Positions 10,591 through 21,423 of a stretch of DNA of 64,000 nucleotides are shown piece by piece (positions within the stretch are counted from its first letter, which is position 1; every line of letters begins with the position of its first letter). Location of the stretch: contig CAVPOM010000007.1 in NCBI GenBank assembly GCA_963707025.1, positions 1 to 64,000 of the forward strand, in the 5' to 3' direction. Origin of the DNA: an uncultured Verrucomicrobiae bacterium (GTDB lineage: Bacteria; Verrucomicrobiota; Verrucomicrobiia; Limisphaerales; Palsa-1400). The notes below the pieces were generated by a model. The model was not told the origin of the DNA. It worked only from the letters and a program-made list of their open reading frames with translations, and did not search any database. A program made the translations under genes and the position numbers.

Positions 10591-13500
10591 ATGATGAACC
10601 TGACAAAAGGAGTGGTAGGGAGGGTGATGGCCGTCCTGGCGCTGGTGGCGTGGACGGACAGCGTGCAGGCCCAAGGAGTGTTGCAGCCGGTGAATTTGCG
10701 TTGCGGGATGCGCGTCAATCCGCTGGGTGTGGGGGACGCCAACCCCAGGCTTTCCTGGCAACTGCAAAGCGTCAGTCAGGGGAAGGACTTCCGGGGCGAG
10801 ACGCAAAGCGCCTACCAGATTCAGGTTGGTTCGGCGGCAGGCGCGGCAGATTTGTGGGACAGCGGCAAAGTGGCCGGCGCCGAAACGGTGGATGTTTTGT
10901 ATGCAGGCCAGCCGTTGACCAGCGGGAAACTATGTTTCTGGCAGGTGCGGGTGTATGACGGCGCCAACAACCCATCGGCCTGGAGCGGGCCGGCGCAGTG
11001 GTCCATGGGGCTGTTGAACCCGGGGGATTGGACGGCGCAATGGATCGGCTACGATGCGGCTTACGCCTTGACTCCGCAGCAGGCGTCCAGCAACGCCTTG
11101 TTCAACACTTCCAACCTGAACTGGATATGTTTCCCGAATTCGCAGGCGCAGGCGGGTATCGAACAGTCTTTGCTGCGCAAGCAGGTTGTCCTGCCCGCCG
11201 GCCAGACGATGACCAACGCGGTCGTGGCGCTTTACGCCGACAATTTCTGCAACGTGTTTGTCAACGGGCAGGAAATGACCAATTCGGCCATGCGCTGGGA
11301 AGCCACGGCGCAAATCAATGTGGCCGCGTGGCTGCACGCGGGAACAAACTTGCTGGCGCTGGGCGCCACTAATTCCGATGTCCAGGATGCCGCCAATGTG
11401 ATCGGCCGGCTGGTGGTGCAGTTCGCTTCCGGCAGCGTCTCAAATATCCCCGTGGATGGCACCTGGAAGGCCGCGCAAACGGCGCCCGCCAACTGGCCGC
11501 AGACTAATTTCGACGACTCCGCCTGGACCACGGCGGAAAGCAATTCCGGCACGCCGTGGGGCACTCCCGCGCTCAACGGCATCGCGCGGGTTCCCGCGCC
11601 CTATTTGCGCAAGACATTCACGGTGGGGCAGACGGTCACACGGGCGACCGTGTATGTCACGGCGCTGGGCGCGTATGAATTGCGGCTCAACGGCCAAAAG
11701 GTCGGCAACGATGTGCTCACGCCGGGCTGGACCCAATTCACCAAGCGTGTTTATTACCAGACTTACGACGTCACTGGGATGGTGCAGGCCGGCGCCAACA
11801 CCCTTGGCGCGATCCTGGGCGATGGCTGGTATGCGAGCGTCCTGGGCGGCAAAGGCCAGCGCTGCAATTACGGCGGCACCCCGCGATTGATGGCCCAGCT
11901 CGTGCTGAATTTTTCCGGTGGCGGCACACAGACGATTGTCACCGACCCTTCGTGGCTGGCCAGCTACGGCCCGATTCAATTCGGAGATTTGCTGATCGGA
12001 TCGGGCTACGATGCGCGCCGGGAGATGCCAGGATGGGATACCACCAATTTCAATGACAGCGCCTGGTCGCCGGTTGCGACCGGGCTGAGCGCCGCTGCGG
12101 TTGGCTACTCGAACGTGACGGCCATCGTCACGGGGTTGGAGACGAACAATCAACTCAACTTCGTGGCCAATAACGCCACCATGGGCGGCGATCCGGCCTA
12201 CGGCATAGTGAAAACTTTGCAAATCACCTTTTCACTCGGCGGCACAAACCAGACGCTGGCCTTTGCCGAAAATTCAACCGTGAACATCGGCGGGACGGGA
12301 CAAACTTTGACCATTATCCAGGCGCTTTATGGCAATTCGGCCTCGTTTCCCGGCGTCGGCGGGTTGCAAGTGCAGGCCGCCGTCACGGAACCCTCGCGCT
12401 GCCTTGCCACCCTGGCGGCGACCAATCTCACCGTGCCAAAGCCCGGCTGCTACACTTTCGATCTGGGCCAGAACATGGTCGGCTGGGTCCGGCTGAATAT
12501 CAGCGGCAAAATTGGCGACCGTATCACGGTGCGGCACGGCGAAATGCTCAATCCCGACGGCTCGATCTACACGGCCAATCTTCGCGGCGCCAACGCGACG
12601 GACTTCTATATTTTTGGCACCAATGGCGCCATAACCTATGAACCGCGTTTCACTTTCCATGGCTTCCGTTACGTTGAGGTGCGGGGACTGTCCGTACCGC
12701 CCGCGCTGAATGCGGTGACGGGAATGGTCGTGCATTCCGATATTGCCCAGACCGGCGCCTTCTCGTGTTCCAGCCCGCTGGTAAATCAACTTTTCAGCAA
12801 TATTATTTGGGGCCAGAGAGGCAACTATCTTGAGGTGCCGACCGACTGCCCGCAGCGGGATGAACGGCTGGGTTGGACCGGCGACACGGAATTCTTCGTG
12901 CCGACCGCCGCCTGCAATTTTGATGTGCAGTCCTTCTTCCGCCGGCATCTGGTCACGCTGTGCGAGGACTCGCAGGAGACCGATGGCGCCTACGCCAACG
13001 TCGCGCCCGACATGGGCGCCGGCAGTGGCGGAGCCGCCTGGGGCGATGCCGGATGGATCTGCCCCTACCACATGTATCGCAGCTACGGTGATACCAACGT
13101 GATCGCCGACCACTACGCCTCATTCCAACGTTACGGTCAATTCCTGGGTTCATACTCGTCGAACTTTGTGGTGGCCAGCCTGCCCGGGGATTTTGGCGAT
13201 TGGCTCAACCTGGGCGGCGGCGCCTCCGCAGCGGTGATAGACACCGCCTATTACGCTTACTATGCGCAGGCCATGTCGGTGATGGCCGCCGCCATTGGCC
13301 ACAGCGCCGATGCCGCGACCTATGCCACGCTGCGTGGCAACATCGTCGCTGCGTTCACCAATTTCTTCAAGGCGGACGGCTCATTCAAAGACGGCAGCAG
13401 TCAGACGGGCTTCGCGCTGGCCTTCACGCTGAACCTGGTGCCCGCCGGGCTGACCGGCCCGGTCGCGCAACAATTCGCCAACTCCATTGCCCAGTTCGAC

Positions 13501-14874
13501 AATCATCTGGCCACGGGCTTCATCGGCACGCCGCGCCTGCTGCCCGCCCTGCACGCCGCCGGCCGCGACGACCTTGCCTTCCAGGTGCTTCTCGAGCAAA
13601 CCTATCCTTCCTGGCTTTATCAGGTGAACCTGGGCGCGACGACGATGTGGGAACGCTGGGACGGCTGGACGCCCGGGGCCGGGTTCGAGAGCACGACCAT
13701 GAATTCGTTCAACCACTATGCCTTCGGTTCGGTCGGACAATACTTATACAGCGTCGTCGGCGGCATCAATCCGGCAAGTCCTGGCTACAAGACTATCCTC
13801 ATCCAGCCGGTCACGGCAGTGGGCCTGACTTGGGCCAGGACCAGCTACAATTCCACCCGCGGCCTCATCGCCACCGCGTGGACCAACGCCGGCGGCGCCT
13901 TCAACCTTGAGGTGGTGATTCCGCCCAACACGACGGCGCAGATTTATGTGCCCACCACCAATGCCAGTGCCATCACCGAAAGCGGCCTGCCGGCGGCCAG
14001 CTCTCCCGGCGTAACCTATGCCGGCTTTTCCAATGGCTGCGCCGTTTATGCCGTCGGCTCCGGCCAGTATGTGTGGTCTTCCGCGGTGGCGGCTCTCCCG
14101 CTCCCTCTGGCGGTGACGGAAACGGACGCGGTTTATGCCGGCGGCAGCTTCCCGCCGCTGCCGCGCGGGGATCTGCTCACCAACGCGACCACGACGGTGG
14201 TGGCTAATACCATTACGGTGGGGCCTGAAAATCATCTGCCCGCCTCCGCCCTCTATGACGGAAACATCGGAGAACCACTGACGACCAATAGAAGCTGCGA
14301 AATCAGCGGCGGAGCGATTACCTTTTGCCTCGGGCCGGGGGCCAACGGCCTCGGCTATACCATCACCAATTTGAACACCTACACGGCCTGGCAGGACGAC
14401 GGCCGCGAGGATGCAAATTATGCCGTCAGCTACTCCTCCGACGGCACCAATTTTTCGCCCATCGCGTCGGTGGCCTATAATCCCTCGCCGTATCCGACCC
14501 ATGATGGCACCGGTGGCACCCTCACCTCGCTGGCCGTCGCGAATTTGACGGGCGTGCAGTATCTCCAGTGGAATTTTTCCGCCGCCCAACAGAACGGCGG
14601 GGTCGGCTATACGGAGGTGGCGGTGTTTGGGCAGGCCAGCGTGCCGTTGGCGCCGGCGACCTTGGGCGTGGCTCAGTTGGCCGGGCTGACAAATTTCGTC
14701 ATGAATATCAGCGGCCTGGCACCCGGCCAGAGCTACACGCTCCAGAGCACGACCAACCTGGCGTCGGGTGTCTGGTCCACCGAGACCAATTTTGTCGCCG
14801 TGCAGGCCGCGGTCGCTTTGACCAACACCACGGCCAACTGCCCGCAAAAATTCTACCGCGTCGTGGGATATTAG
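10591..14874 (+). CDS. Multimodular secreted GH78 alpha-L-rhamnosidase
   Basis: Signal peptide, NPLGV..PRLSW N-terminal domain, CBM67-like domain, YLRKTF, DLGQNMVGW, PRFTFHGFRYVEV, PTDCPQRDERLGWTGD, GATTMWERW, MNSFNHYAFG, extra C-terminal modules. Confidence 0.93.
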   Translation: MMNLTKGVVGRVMAVLALVAWTDSVQAQGVLQPVNLRCGMRVNPLGVGDANPRLSWQLQSVSQGKDFRGETQSAYQIQVGSAAGAADLWDSGKVAGAETVDVLYAGQPLTSGKLCFWQVRVYDGANNPSAWSGPAQWSMGLLNPGDWTAQWIGYDAAYALTPQQASSNALFNTSNLNWICFPNSQAQAGIEQSLLRKQVVLPAGQTMTNAVVALYADNFCNVFVNGQEMTNSAMRWEATAQINVAAWLHAGTNLLALGATNSDVQDAANVIGRLVVQFASGSVSNIPVDGTWKAAQTAPANWPQTNFDDSAWTTAESNSGTPWGTPALNGIARVPAPYLRKTFTVGQTVTRATVYVTALGAYELRLNGQKVGNDVLTPGWTQFTKRVYYQTYDVTGMVQAGANTLGAILGDGWYASVLGGKGQRCNYGGTPRLMAQLVLNFSGGGTQTIVTDPSWLASYGPIQFGDLLIGSGYDARREMPGWDTTNFNDSAWSPVATGLSAAAVGYSNVTAIVTGLETNNQLNFVANNATMGGDPAYGIVKTLQITFSLGGTNQTLAFAENSTVNIGGTGQTLTIIQALYGNSASFPGVGGLQVQAAVTEPSRCLATLAATNLTVPKPGCYTFDLGQNMVGWVRLNISGKIGDRITVRHGEMLNPDGSIYTANLRGANATDFYIFGTNGAITYEPRFTFHGFRYVEVRGLSVPPALNAVTGMVVHSDIAQTGAFSCSSPLVNQLFSNIIWGQRGNYLEVPTDCPQRDERLGWTGDTEFFVPTAACNFDVQSFFRRHLVTLCEDSQETDGAYANVAPDMGAGSGGAAWGDAGWICPYHMYRSYGDTNVIADHYASFQRYGQFLGSYSSNFVVASLPGDFGDWLNLGGGASAAVIDTAYYAYYAQAMSVMAAAIGHSADAATYATLRGNIVAAFTNFFKADGSFKDGSSQTGFALAFTLNLVPAGLTGPVAQQFANSIAQFDNHLATGFIGTPRLLPALHAAGRDDLAFQVLLEQTYPSWLYQVNLGATTMWERWDGWTPGAGFESTTMNSFNHYAFGSVGQYLYSVVGGINPASPGYKTILIQPVTAVGLTWARTSYNSTRGLIATAWTNAGGAFNLEVVIPPNTTAQIYVPTTNASAITESGLPAASSPGVTYAGFSNGCAVYAVGSGQYVWSSAVAALPLPLAVTETDAVYAGGSFPPLPRGDLLTNATTTVVANTITVGPENHLPASALYDGNIGEPLTTNRSCEISGGAITFCLGPGANGLGYTITNLNTYTAWQDDGREDANYAVSYSSDGTNFSPIASVAYNPSPYPTHDGTGGTLTSLAVANLTGVQYLQWNFSAAQQNGGVGYTEVAVFGQASVPLAPATLGVAQLAGLTNFVMNISGLAPGQSYTLQSTTNLASGVWSTETNFVAVQAAVALTNTTANCPQKFYRVVGY

Positions 14875-15115
14875 CCTGCGACCCGCCGGCGCCGCGCGAT
14901 GAGCCGCTCCTTGCCGTGCCCTTCCCCTGCTGTGCTCCGGTTCCTGTTGGACGGCCCGCCAACACGATTTTCCCCCGGGCAGTGCAGCCCGGGGAGACGG
15001 CCGGCGAAACGGCTCCAGGGCTGGACGACCGAGCGGCGAACGGCAAAAAGTCAAAGCACGGGCGGAACAGGCCATCTGACAGGAAAGGGAAGATGTGCAG
15101 GAGTCTTGTTCCGGC

Positions 15116-15157
15116 TTCACCTGTTTGGGTGATGCCGGCGACACCTATTTTGGGGTT
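15116..15157. promoter_or_regulatory. Tandem imperfect palindromic operator upstream of the giant repeat protein
   Basis: TTCACC-TGTTTG-GGTGAT at 15116 and GACACC-TATTTT-GGGGTT at 15140, 24 bp apart. 23 of 25 nt match the site at 10285-10309. Confidence 0.6.
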
Positions 15158-15274
15158 GCACAGCAATGAGGGTGCTGTTTATACTGCTGGCCGAAAGCAC
15201 GCAATGCGCAGTTGGATGGGTGATCTATCCAGGCGCGAGTTGTGTGGCTGATCGAAAAACAAAAACCCGACTTT

Positions 15275-18200
15275 ATGAAATTCCAAACAATACGGCGCGG
15301 CTGGCTGGCTGCCTTGCTGGCCGTCAGCGCCACCGTCCAAATCGCCGGCGCCGGTTCTGTAACCATCCCGAACTTCTCTTTTGAAACCACCAACGGAGAC
15401 CTCATCACTGCTCCCGGCGGCAATGCCGGAGAATACAATGTCGGGATCTACTGGACCTGCAATGATACGGGCGGCCCGGTTTATGTCGTCAATTTCAGTG
15501 CCAGCGGCGTTGACTTCACCAATGCCATAGCACCCACAATTCTCCCGCCGACTGGCAACGGCACCAATTACCTGGTCGAGGATATCGCCGCGGCCCCCGC
15601 CGCCTTCCCGGTCTGTTGGCAGGATCTGGGCCCTCTGCCAGCCCAATACCACCTATACCCTGACCATCGCGGTCGGACAAACTCTGGTGGGCGTTACCAA
15701 CCCTTTCATCGCCATCGGCCAGGGTTTTATCGCCCTGGTCAACGGCCCGACTCCTTACTACCCTGTTCTTGGCGCCGCGTTCGTGGATAACAGCATCCAG
15801 GCGCCAGGCACCTTTATTGACTTCACCCTGGTCGTGACCACCCCATCGGTGGTCAGCGGGGATCTGACCGTTGCGATGGAAGGGACTAATGGAAGCCAGA
15901 TTTGCTTTGATAATGTGCGCCTGAGCACAACCGCGGCGGCCAACCCCATGGCGCTGCTTCCTTCGATTTCCGCTCCGTCGGCCAACCCCACGGCGCTGCC
16001 TTCCGCTCCCTCCGCCTTCAAGACTGTCTATGTGGGCTCGGTGGTGACCCTGAGTGAGCTTGCCGCGGGGACCTCCCCGTTCACTTACCAATGGCAAACG
16101 GACAACGGCACGGGCGGCGCCACCTTCACCTCCATCCTCAACGCCACCAACGCAAATTACGTGCTGACCAACAGCGCTCCCATGGGTCCTGTGGAATATC
16201 AAGTGATCGTGACCAACAACCTTGCCAACTCCTCCACCAGCGCGCCCGTCACCCTGTCGGTTGGCCAAAGCGCGCCGGTGATTGTGCAAGACACGCTGCC
16301 TTGGTTGTCGCCCAGCGATGTCGTGGGCAGCTCGGAGACATTCACCGTGGTGTTTGTCGGCGACCAACCCATCGGTTACCAGTGGCAGGTGGATTACGGC
16401 TCGGGGCCGGTACCCGTCACCGGAACGACCCTCAATGGCACGACCAATGCAACGTTGACGCTGATCAATATGCAGGTTTCCGACAGCGGCCGTTACTCGT
16501 GCGTGGCGACCAATGATCAACCCGGAGCCGGGATCAGCACGCCGACGTTCCTGACGGTCAATCCTGCCCCGGTGGCAGATTCGTATGGCGTCATTCAAGC
16601 CCAGGCGGTGCAGGAGGGTTTTGGCAACAACACCCTGTTCACCCCGACCTGGACGCTGCCGGCCAACAGCCTGATTGCCGGAGTACAACCCTACGCCGCC
16701 GACACCAATAATTTCAAATTGTTTGGTTGTTTTGGCACCAACATTTTGACGGACGGCACCTTTGGCGCGATCAGTCCAGCGGCGGCGGGGGAGATCATGG
16801 CCACCATGGGCAACCCCAACGCGGGGGGAGCGCCGGCCGACTTTGTGACCTGGCTGCTGCCGGCCAATGCCAACGGCTGGGACATCACCAACATCGTCAT
16901 TTATGGCGGCTGGACCGACAACGGCCGTGACCAGCAATCCATCAACATTCTCTATTCAACCATCGCGGCTCCCACGGTTTTCAGCTCAGAGGTGACACAA
17001 GTCAATTTCCTGCCAAACGCCCCCACCCTCGTTCAGGTCGCCGCCCGCAGTTCGCTCACCTCCGGCACCGCCAGCCCGGCGATGGCGCATAATGTCGCCG
17101 GCATCCAATTCAACATGAATATCCAGGCGGGTGGCTACAATGAAAACGGCTGGGAGGGCTACTCCCAATTTCAAGTCTTCGGCACCGCTTCGGCCCCCGC
17201 GCCGGTCTGGGTCACAAACATGGTGCCGGCGACCGGCACGGATGTCGCTGGCAGCGCGGTGACCATGGCCTGCGTGGCCAACTACTCTCTGCCCCTGACT
17301 TACACTTGGACGGCCGTCTATGCCGATGGCCACGGGACCGGACCTGTCACAGGCACGTCGGCCAATGGCACGACCAATTCATCCCTCATGCTCAGCAACT
17401 TGCAACTTTCCGACAGCGGCACTTACACCCTCATGGCAACCAATGTCGCGGCCAGAACCGGCTTGGTCAGCTTCCCCTGCGCCTTTTTAGTCAATCCAGC
17501 GCCAACGCCGGATGCTTTTGGGGTGCTGGATTCGCCCGCCAGCCAAACCGCCAACACCGCGGTGCTGACTCCCACTTGGACCGTCGCGCCCGGCAGCCTG
17601 ATTGCCGGATTGCTCCCCAGCGCCACCAACGCCGGCAATTTCAGGCTGGAGACCGCGTCGGTCGGTCTGCCTGTGCTCACGGATGGCAGCGTTGGCTTTA
17701 TAGGCGGCGGCGACCAGGCCATGGTCACGGCCGGGGGCAGTGGCGGCACAGGTTTTACCTACACCCTCCCCGCCTCCACCTATGGATATAACATCTCCAG
17801 TATTGTGGTCTATGGTGGATGGGGTGACGGCGGCCGCGACGAGCAGGAGTACAACATCTCCGCTGCGACCGTCAGCGCTCCCGGTAATTTCAGCTTGCTG
17901 ACATCCTTCGACTACCGGCCGCCGACGGAAGCCATAGGACCCGGCGCGCCGAATATGACCCGCGTGACTTACACGGCCGGGAGCGGGCCGTATCTTGCCC
18001 GAAATGTCACTGGGCTGTCGTGGAACTTTAATGTGGTTCTCCCTGGCAGTCATAGCACCTCTGGCGGTGGCGAAAACGCCTATGAGGGCTACTCCGAGAT
18101 TGACGTGTATGGCACCCCCGCCTTGGCCCCCGCGCCGGTGGCCTTTACCACCAACATGATGCCGGAGGCCGGCTCCGATGTCGTTGGCAGCTCGGTCACC

Positions 18201-20283
18201 ATGTTTTGCACGGCCACAAGTCCTAATCCGCCCCTGACTTACCAGTGGCAGGCCAATTACGGCGGCGGGCCGGGAGCTGTGGCTGGCACGTCGGCCAACG
18301 GCACGACCAATTCCTCGCTGATGCTCACCAATTTGCAATACAGCGACACCGCCACTTACACCCTCACGGTGACCGACCACTTGGGAGACGCCCTCACCAG
18401 CCTGCCCTGCTACTTTACCGTCAATGCGGCGTCAACGCCGGATGGTTACGGATTGATTGATTCGCCCGCCAGTCAACAAACCAGTTACACCACGATCCTG
18501 ACCCCCACCTGGCCCGCCCCCGCGGCCGGAAGCCTGATTGCCGGAATGTTGCCGAGCGCCTTGTTTGCCAACAACGGCCAGCAATCTTTCACCAACTCTT
18601 TGAATGGAGATGCCATGACCAATGGCATCGGTTTGGCAGTTCTCACCGATGGCCAGATTGGTTATGCCAACGGCAGCGCCACCAGCCAGGCCATGGTCAT
18701 TATCGGGAGCGGCACCAGGGGGGGCAATGCCCTCACCTACACCCTCCCCTATTCCGAGGGCGGGTATTCCATCTCCGCAATTCAGGTCTATGGCGGATGG
18801 GGCAACGGGAACCGCGACGAGCAACTCTATACCATGTACCTATTCGACCGCCGGCGATCCCTCGGTGTTCATCCCATTCCTATCCTACGATTACCAGCCG
18901 CCGGCTGAAACCACGCCCTTCCAGTTTCCCAACATGACGCGCATGACTTACACGCCTGCCAGCGGGTCTTATATCGTGCAAAACGCCGCTCAAATCTACA
19001 TCAACTTTACGAGCAATACGGTGAATGGGAATACCGGGGAAAACGGCTACCAGGGCTACTCGGAGATAGACATCTACGGGACGCCCTCCGCGGCCGCGGT
19101 GTTCTCGCCCACCGTGACAACGAACACGTTGCCCAGCGTCTGTCAGGATGTGGTCGGCAGCTCTGAAACCTTCATCGCCGGTTTTAGCAGTTCTGCTCCC
19201 ATGACCTACCAATGGATGGTGGATACCGGCTCCGGGCCGGTCAACGTCACCGGTTCCCAGTTTTCGGGCGTGACCACTCCAGTGCTGACAGACAGCAACT
19301 TGCAGCTTGGCGACTCCGGCTCCTATTCTTGCGTCGCAACCGTCGCCACCGGCCCTGCCGCGGGCACGGCCACGAGCGCTCCCAACACGTTCGCCGTCAA
19401 CCCCGCGCCCACGGCGTCAGGCAACATTATTATTTCCAATGCCCTGCAAGCGTGGTCCAACACCACATTCGCTCCTACTTTTACGCCGACCTGGACAGTT
19501 CAGCCAAGCAGCCTGATCGCCGGAACTCTTCCGAGCAGCAGCGCCGTGAGGAGCGGAGGCAGTTTTTCTGAGAATGGCCAAGGCAGCAGTGGCTTGGGAG
19601 GCGGGGGTCTGCCCGTCCTCACCGATGGGTTTCCTGGAACGTACGGAGACAACACCGACATTACCCTGGCGAGTTGCGGCAGCACCATGGGCTCAAATAT
19701 TATCTATACTCTCGGAGGGCCTTCCGGTGCGTATAATATCTCCAGCATCGTCACTTATGGTGGATGGGCTAACAATGGCCGCGACGAGCAAGCATACACG
19801 GTTTATTATTCAACCGCCTCCGCCCCCGCAACTTTCATCAACCTGACCGCCAACGACTATAAAGTCGCCAGCGTCCTCACCGGGGCCTCGGGCTGGAACA
19901 ACTACCCGGATTGCTCCCGCTCAACGATCGCCGCGGTCAACGGGGTTCTCGCCTCCAACGTCTATGCCGTCGGGTTCAACTTTGTCACGCCCAATGGTGA
20001 AAACAACTGGGAGGGCTATGCCGAGATTCAGGTGTTCGGCACCGTGGCGCCCCTGCCGACGTTCCATCCACCGACCTTTTCCGGCGGCAATCTGAACCTG
20101 ACCGGCACCGGAGGAAATCCGGGAGGAGGCTATACCTGCCTCACGAGCACGAATGTGGCCGCGCCATTGTCAACCTGGACAACCAACAGCCAGGGGACGT
20201 TCAATGGCTCCGGCGCGTTCTCCATCATCATTCCGGTCGGCACAACGCCGCCCGCCCAGTATTTCCAGATCAGGGTGCCGTGA
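15275..20283 (+). CDS. Large secreted protein (~1670 aa) with Ig-like domains and four copies of an unassigned beta-rich module, apparent indels near 15640 and 18840
   Basis: Signal peptide MKFQTIRRGWLAALLAVSATVQIAGA, then SVTIPNFSFE. Four repeats of TPTW..SLIAG..LTDG..I.(V/I/T)YGGW...GRD(E/Q)Q..EN.(W/Y)(E/Q)GY. C-terminal STNV...W...YF domain. ORFs 15242, 15687 and 18622 join. Confidence 0.8.
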
Positions 20284-20312
20284 TGGTGAGTGAAGCAGGG
20301 AAGGAGTTGAAG

Positions 20313-20341
20313 GCAAGCCCCTTCGATGGGAGGGGGCTTGC
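20313..20341 (+). terminator. Stable hairpin after the giant gene (possible terminator or mRNA stabiliser)
   Basis: GCAAGCCCCTTC...GGAGGGGGCTTGC, with no U-tract. Confidence 0.35.
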
Positions 20342-20389
20342 GTGAGAGGCTTGGGACTCAGATTCCCAGTTGGCGGTGCCTTAATTTGG

Positions 20390-20439
20390 TGTAGAGTCGA
20401 GCCTGTGCCTCGACTTCGGCGCACAGCGCCGACACTACA
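20390..20439. repeat. Inverted GTAG-REP doublet (REPIN-like)
   Basis: TGTAGAGTCGAG..CTCGAC and, on the opposite strand, TGTAGTGTCGGCGCTGTGCGCCGA. Confidence 0.6.
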
Positions 20440-20495
20440 ACAAGGGAATTGAGGCACTGCCTCCCAGTTTGTTAATTTGAGAAGTTGATGGTAAG

Positions 20496-21367
20496 ATGAA
20501 GATAATAAATCGAGTACGAGTCAGCCAGCCGGGAGGTCGCCGGGGAGGGGCCGCGTTCACTTTGATTGAGCTGTTGGTGGTGATTGCCATTATTGCCATT
20601 CTGGCGTCATTGCTCTTGCCGGCATTGGCCAGGGCCAAACAACAGGCGCTGGGCGCCAATTGCATCAGCAATTTGAAACAACTCACCCTGGGGGCCCATC
20701 TCTACGCCGGTGATAATGGCGACAAGATGGCCCCAAATGCCATCGGCGGCGATGAGTCCTGGGTGCAGGGAGATATGACCGTCATGGTGGACGCCACCAA
20801 TCTTTTTTTCATCACCAATTCCCTGTCCTTGTTTTATCCCTATGTCGGTTCCGCCAAGATTTACTGGTGCCCGGCGGACTTAATCCCCATGAGTGGCACA
20901 TCCGTGCCGCGGGTGCGCAGTTTCTCCATGAGTTGCATGATGGGAAACAACCTGGGCTCGGCGGGCGATGTTCATCCCGGCATTCCAGAAAACCTCAAAT
21001 TCTCCCTGGTCATGAGCCCGGTCCCTCTCAGGCCTTGGTTCTCATGGATGAGCAGACTAATCCCAATATCGCCAAGCAGAGCCTGGACGACTGCTATTTC
21101 GCCCTCAACGCCGTCGTCGGCGCCGGGGGACTGCCCACCCCGCCCAATACTTATGATTGGCGCAACATTCCCTCAAGCCGCCACGGCAATTTCGGGCAGA
21201 TGTCCTTCGCCGACGGCCGCGTGGCAAAAGTCAAATGGCGGGAACCAAAAACCCAGACGATGTTGGGCACGGGACCCGGGGGGAATGAGGACATTCCTGG
21301 CACCGTGCCCTATGACTTGGATTTGCAACAGATTTGGTCATCAGTTTATCCTCCCTCCGGCTGGTGA
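20496..21367 (+). CDS. Prepilin-type N-terminal methylation / H-X9-DG (DUF1559-like) protein, apparent indel near 21018
   Basis: [37 protein letters not shown] and YWCPAD. The second frame supplies MDEQ and [13 protein letters not shown], an exact H-X9-DG motif. Confidence 0.9.
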
Positions 21368-21423
21368 GGCCGGGGCCGCATCAAGACCGGCTAACGCACT
21401 GGAGGCGGTAAAAGCAGACAAGA

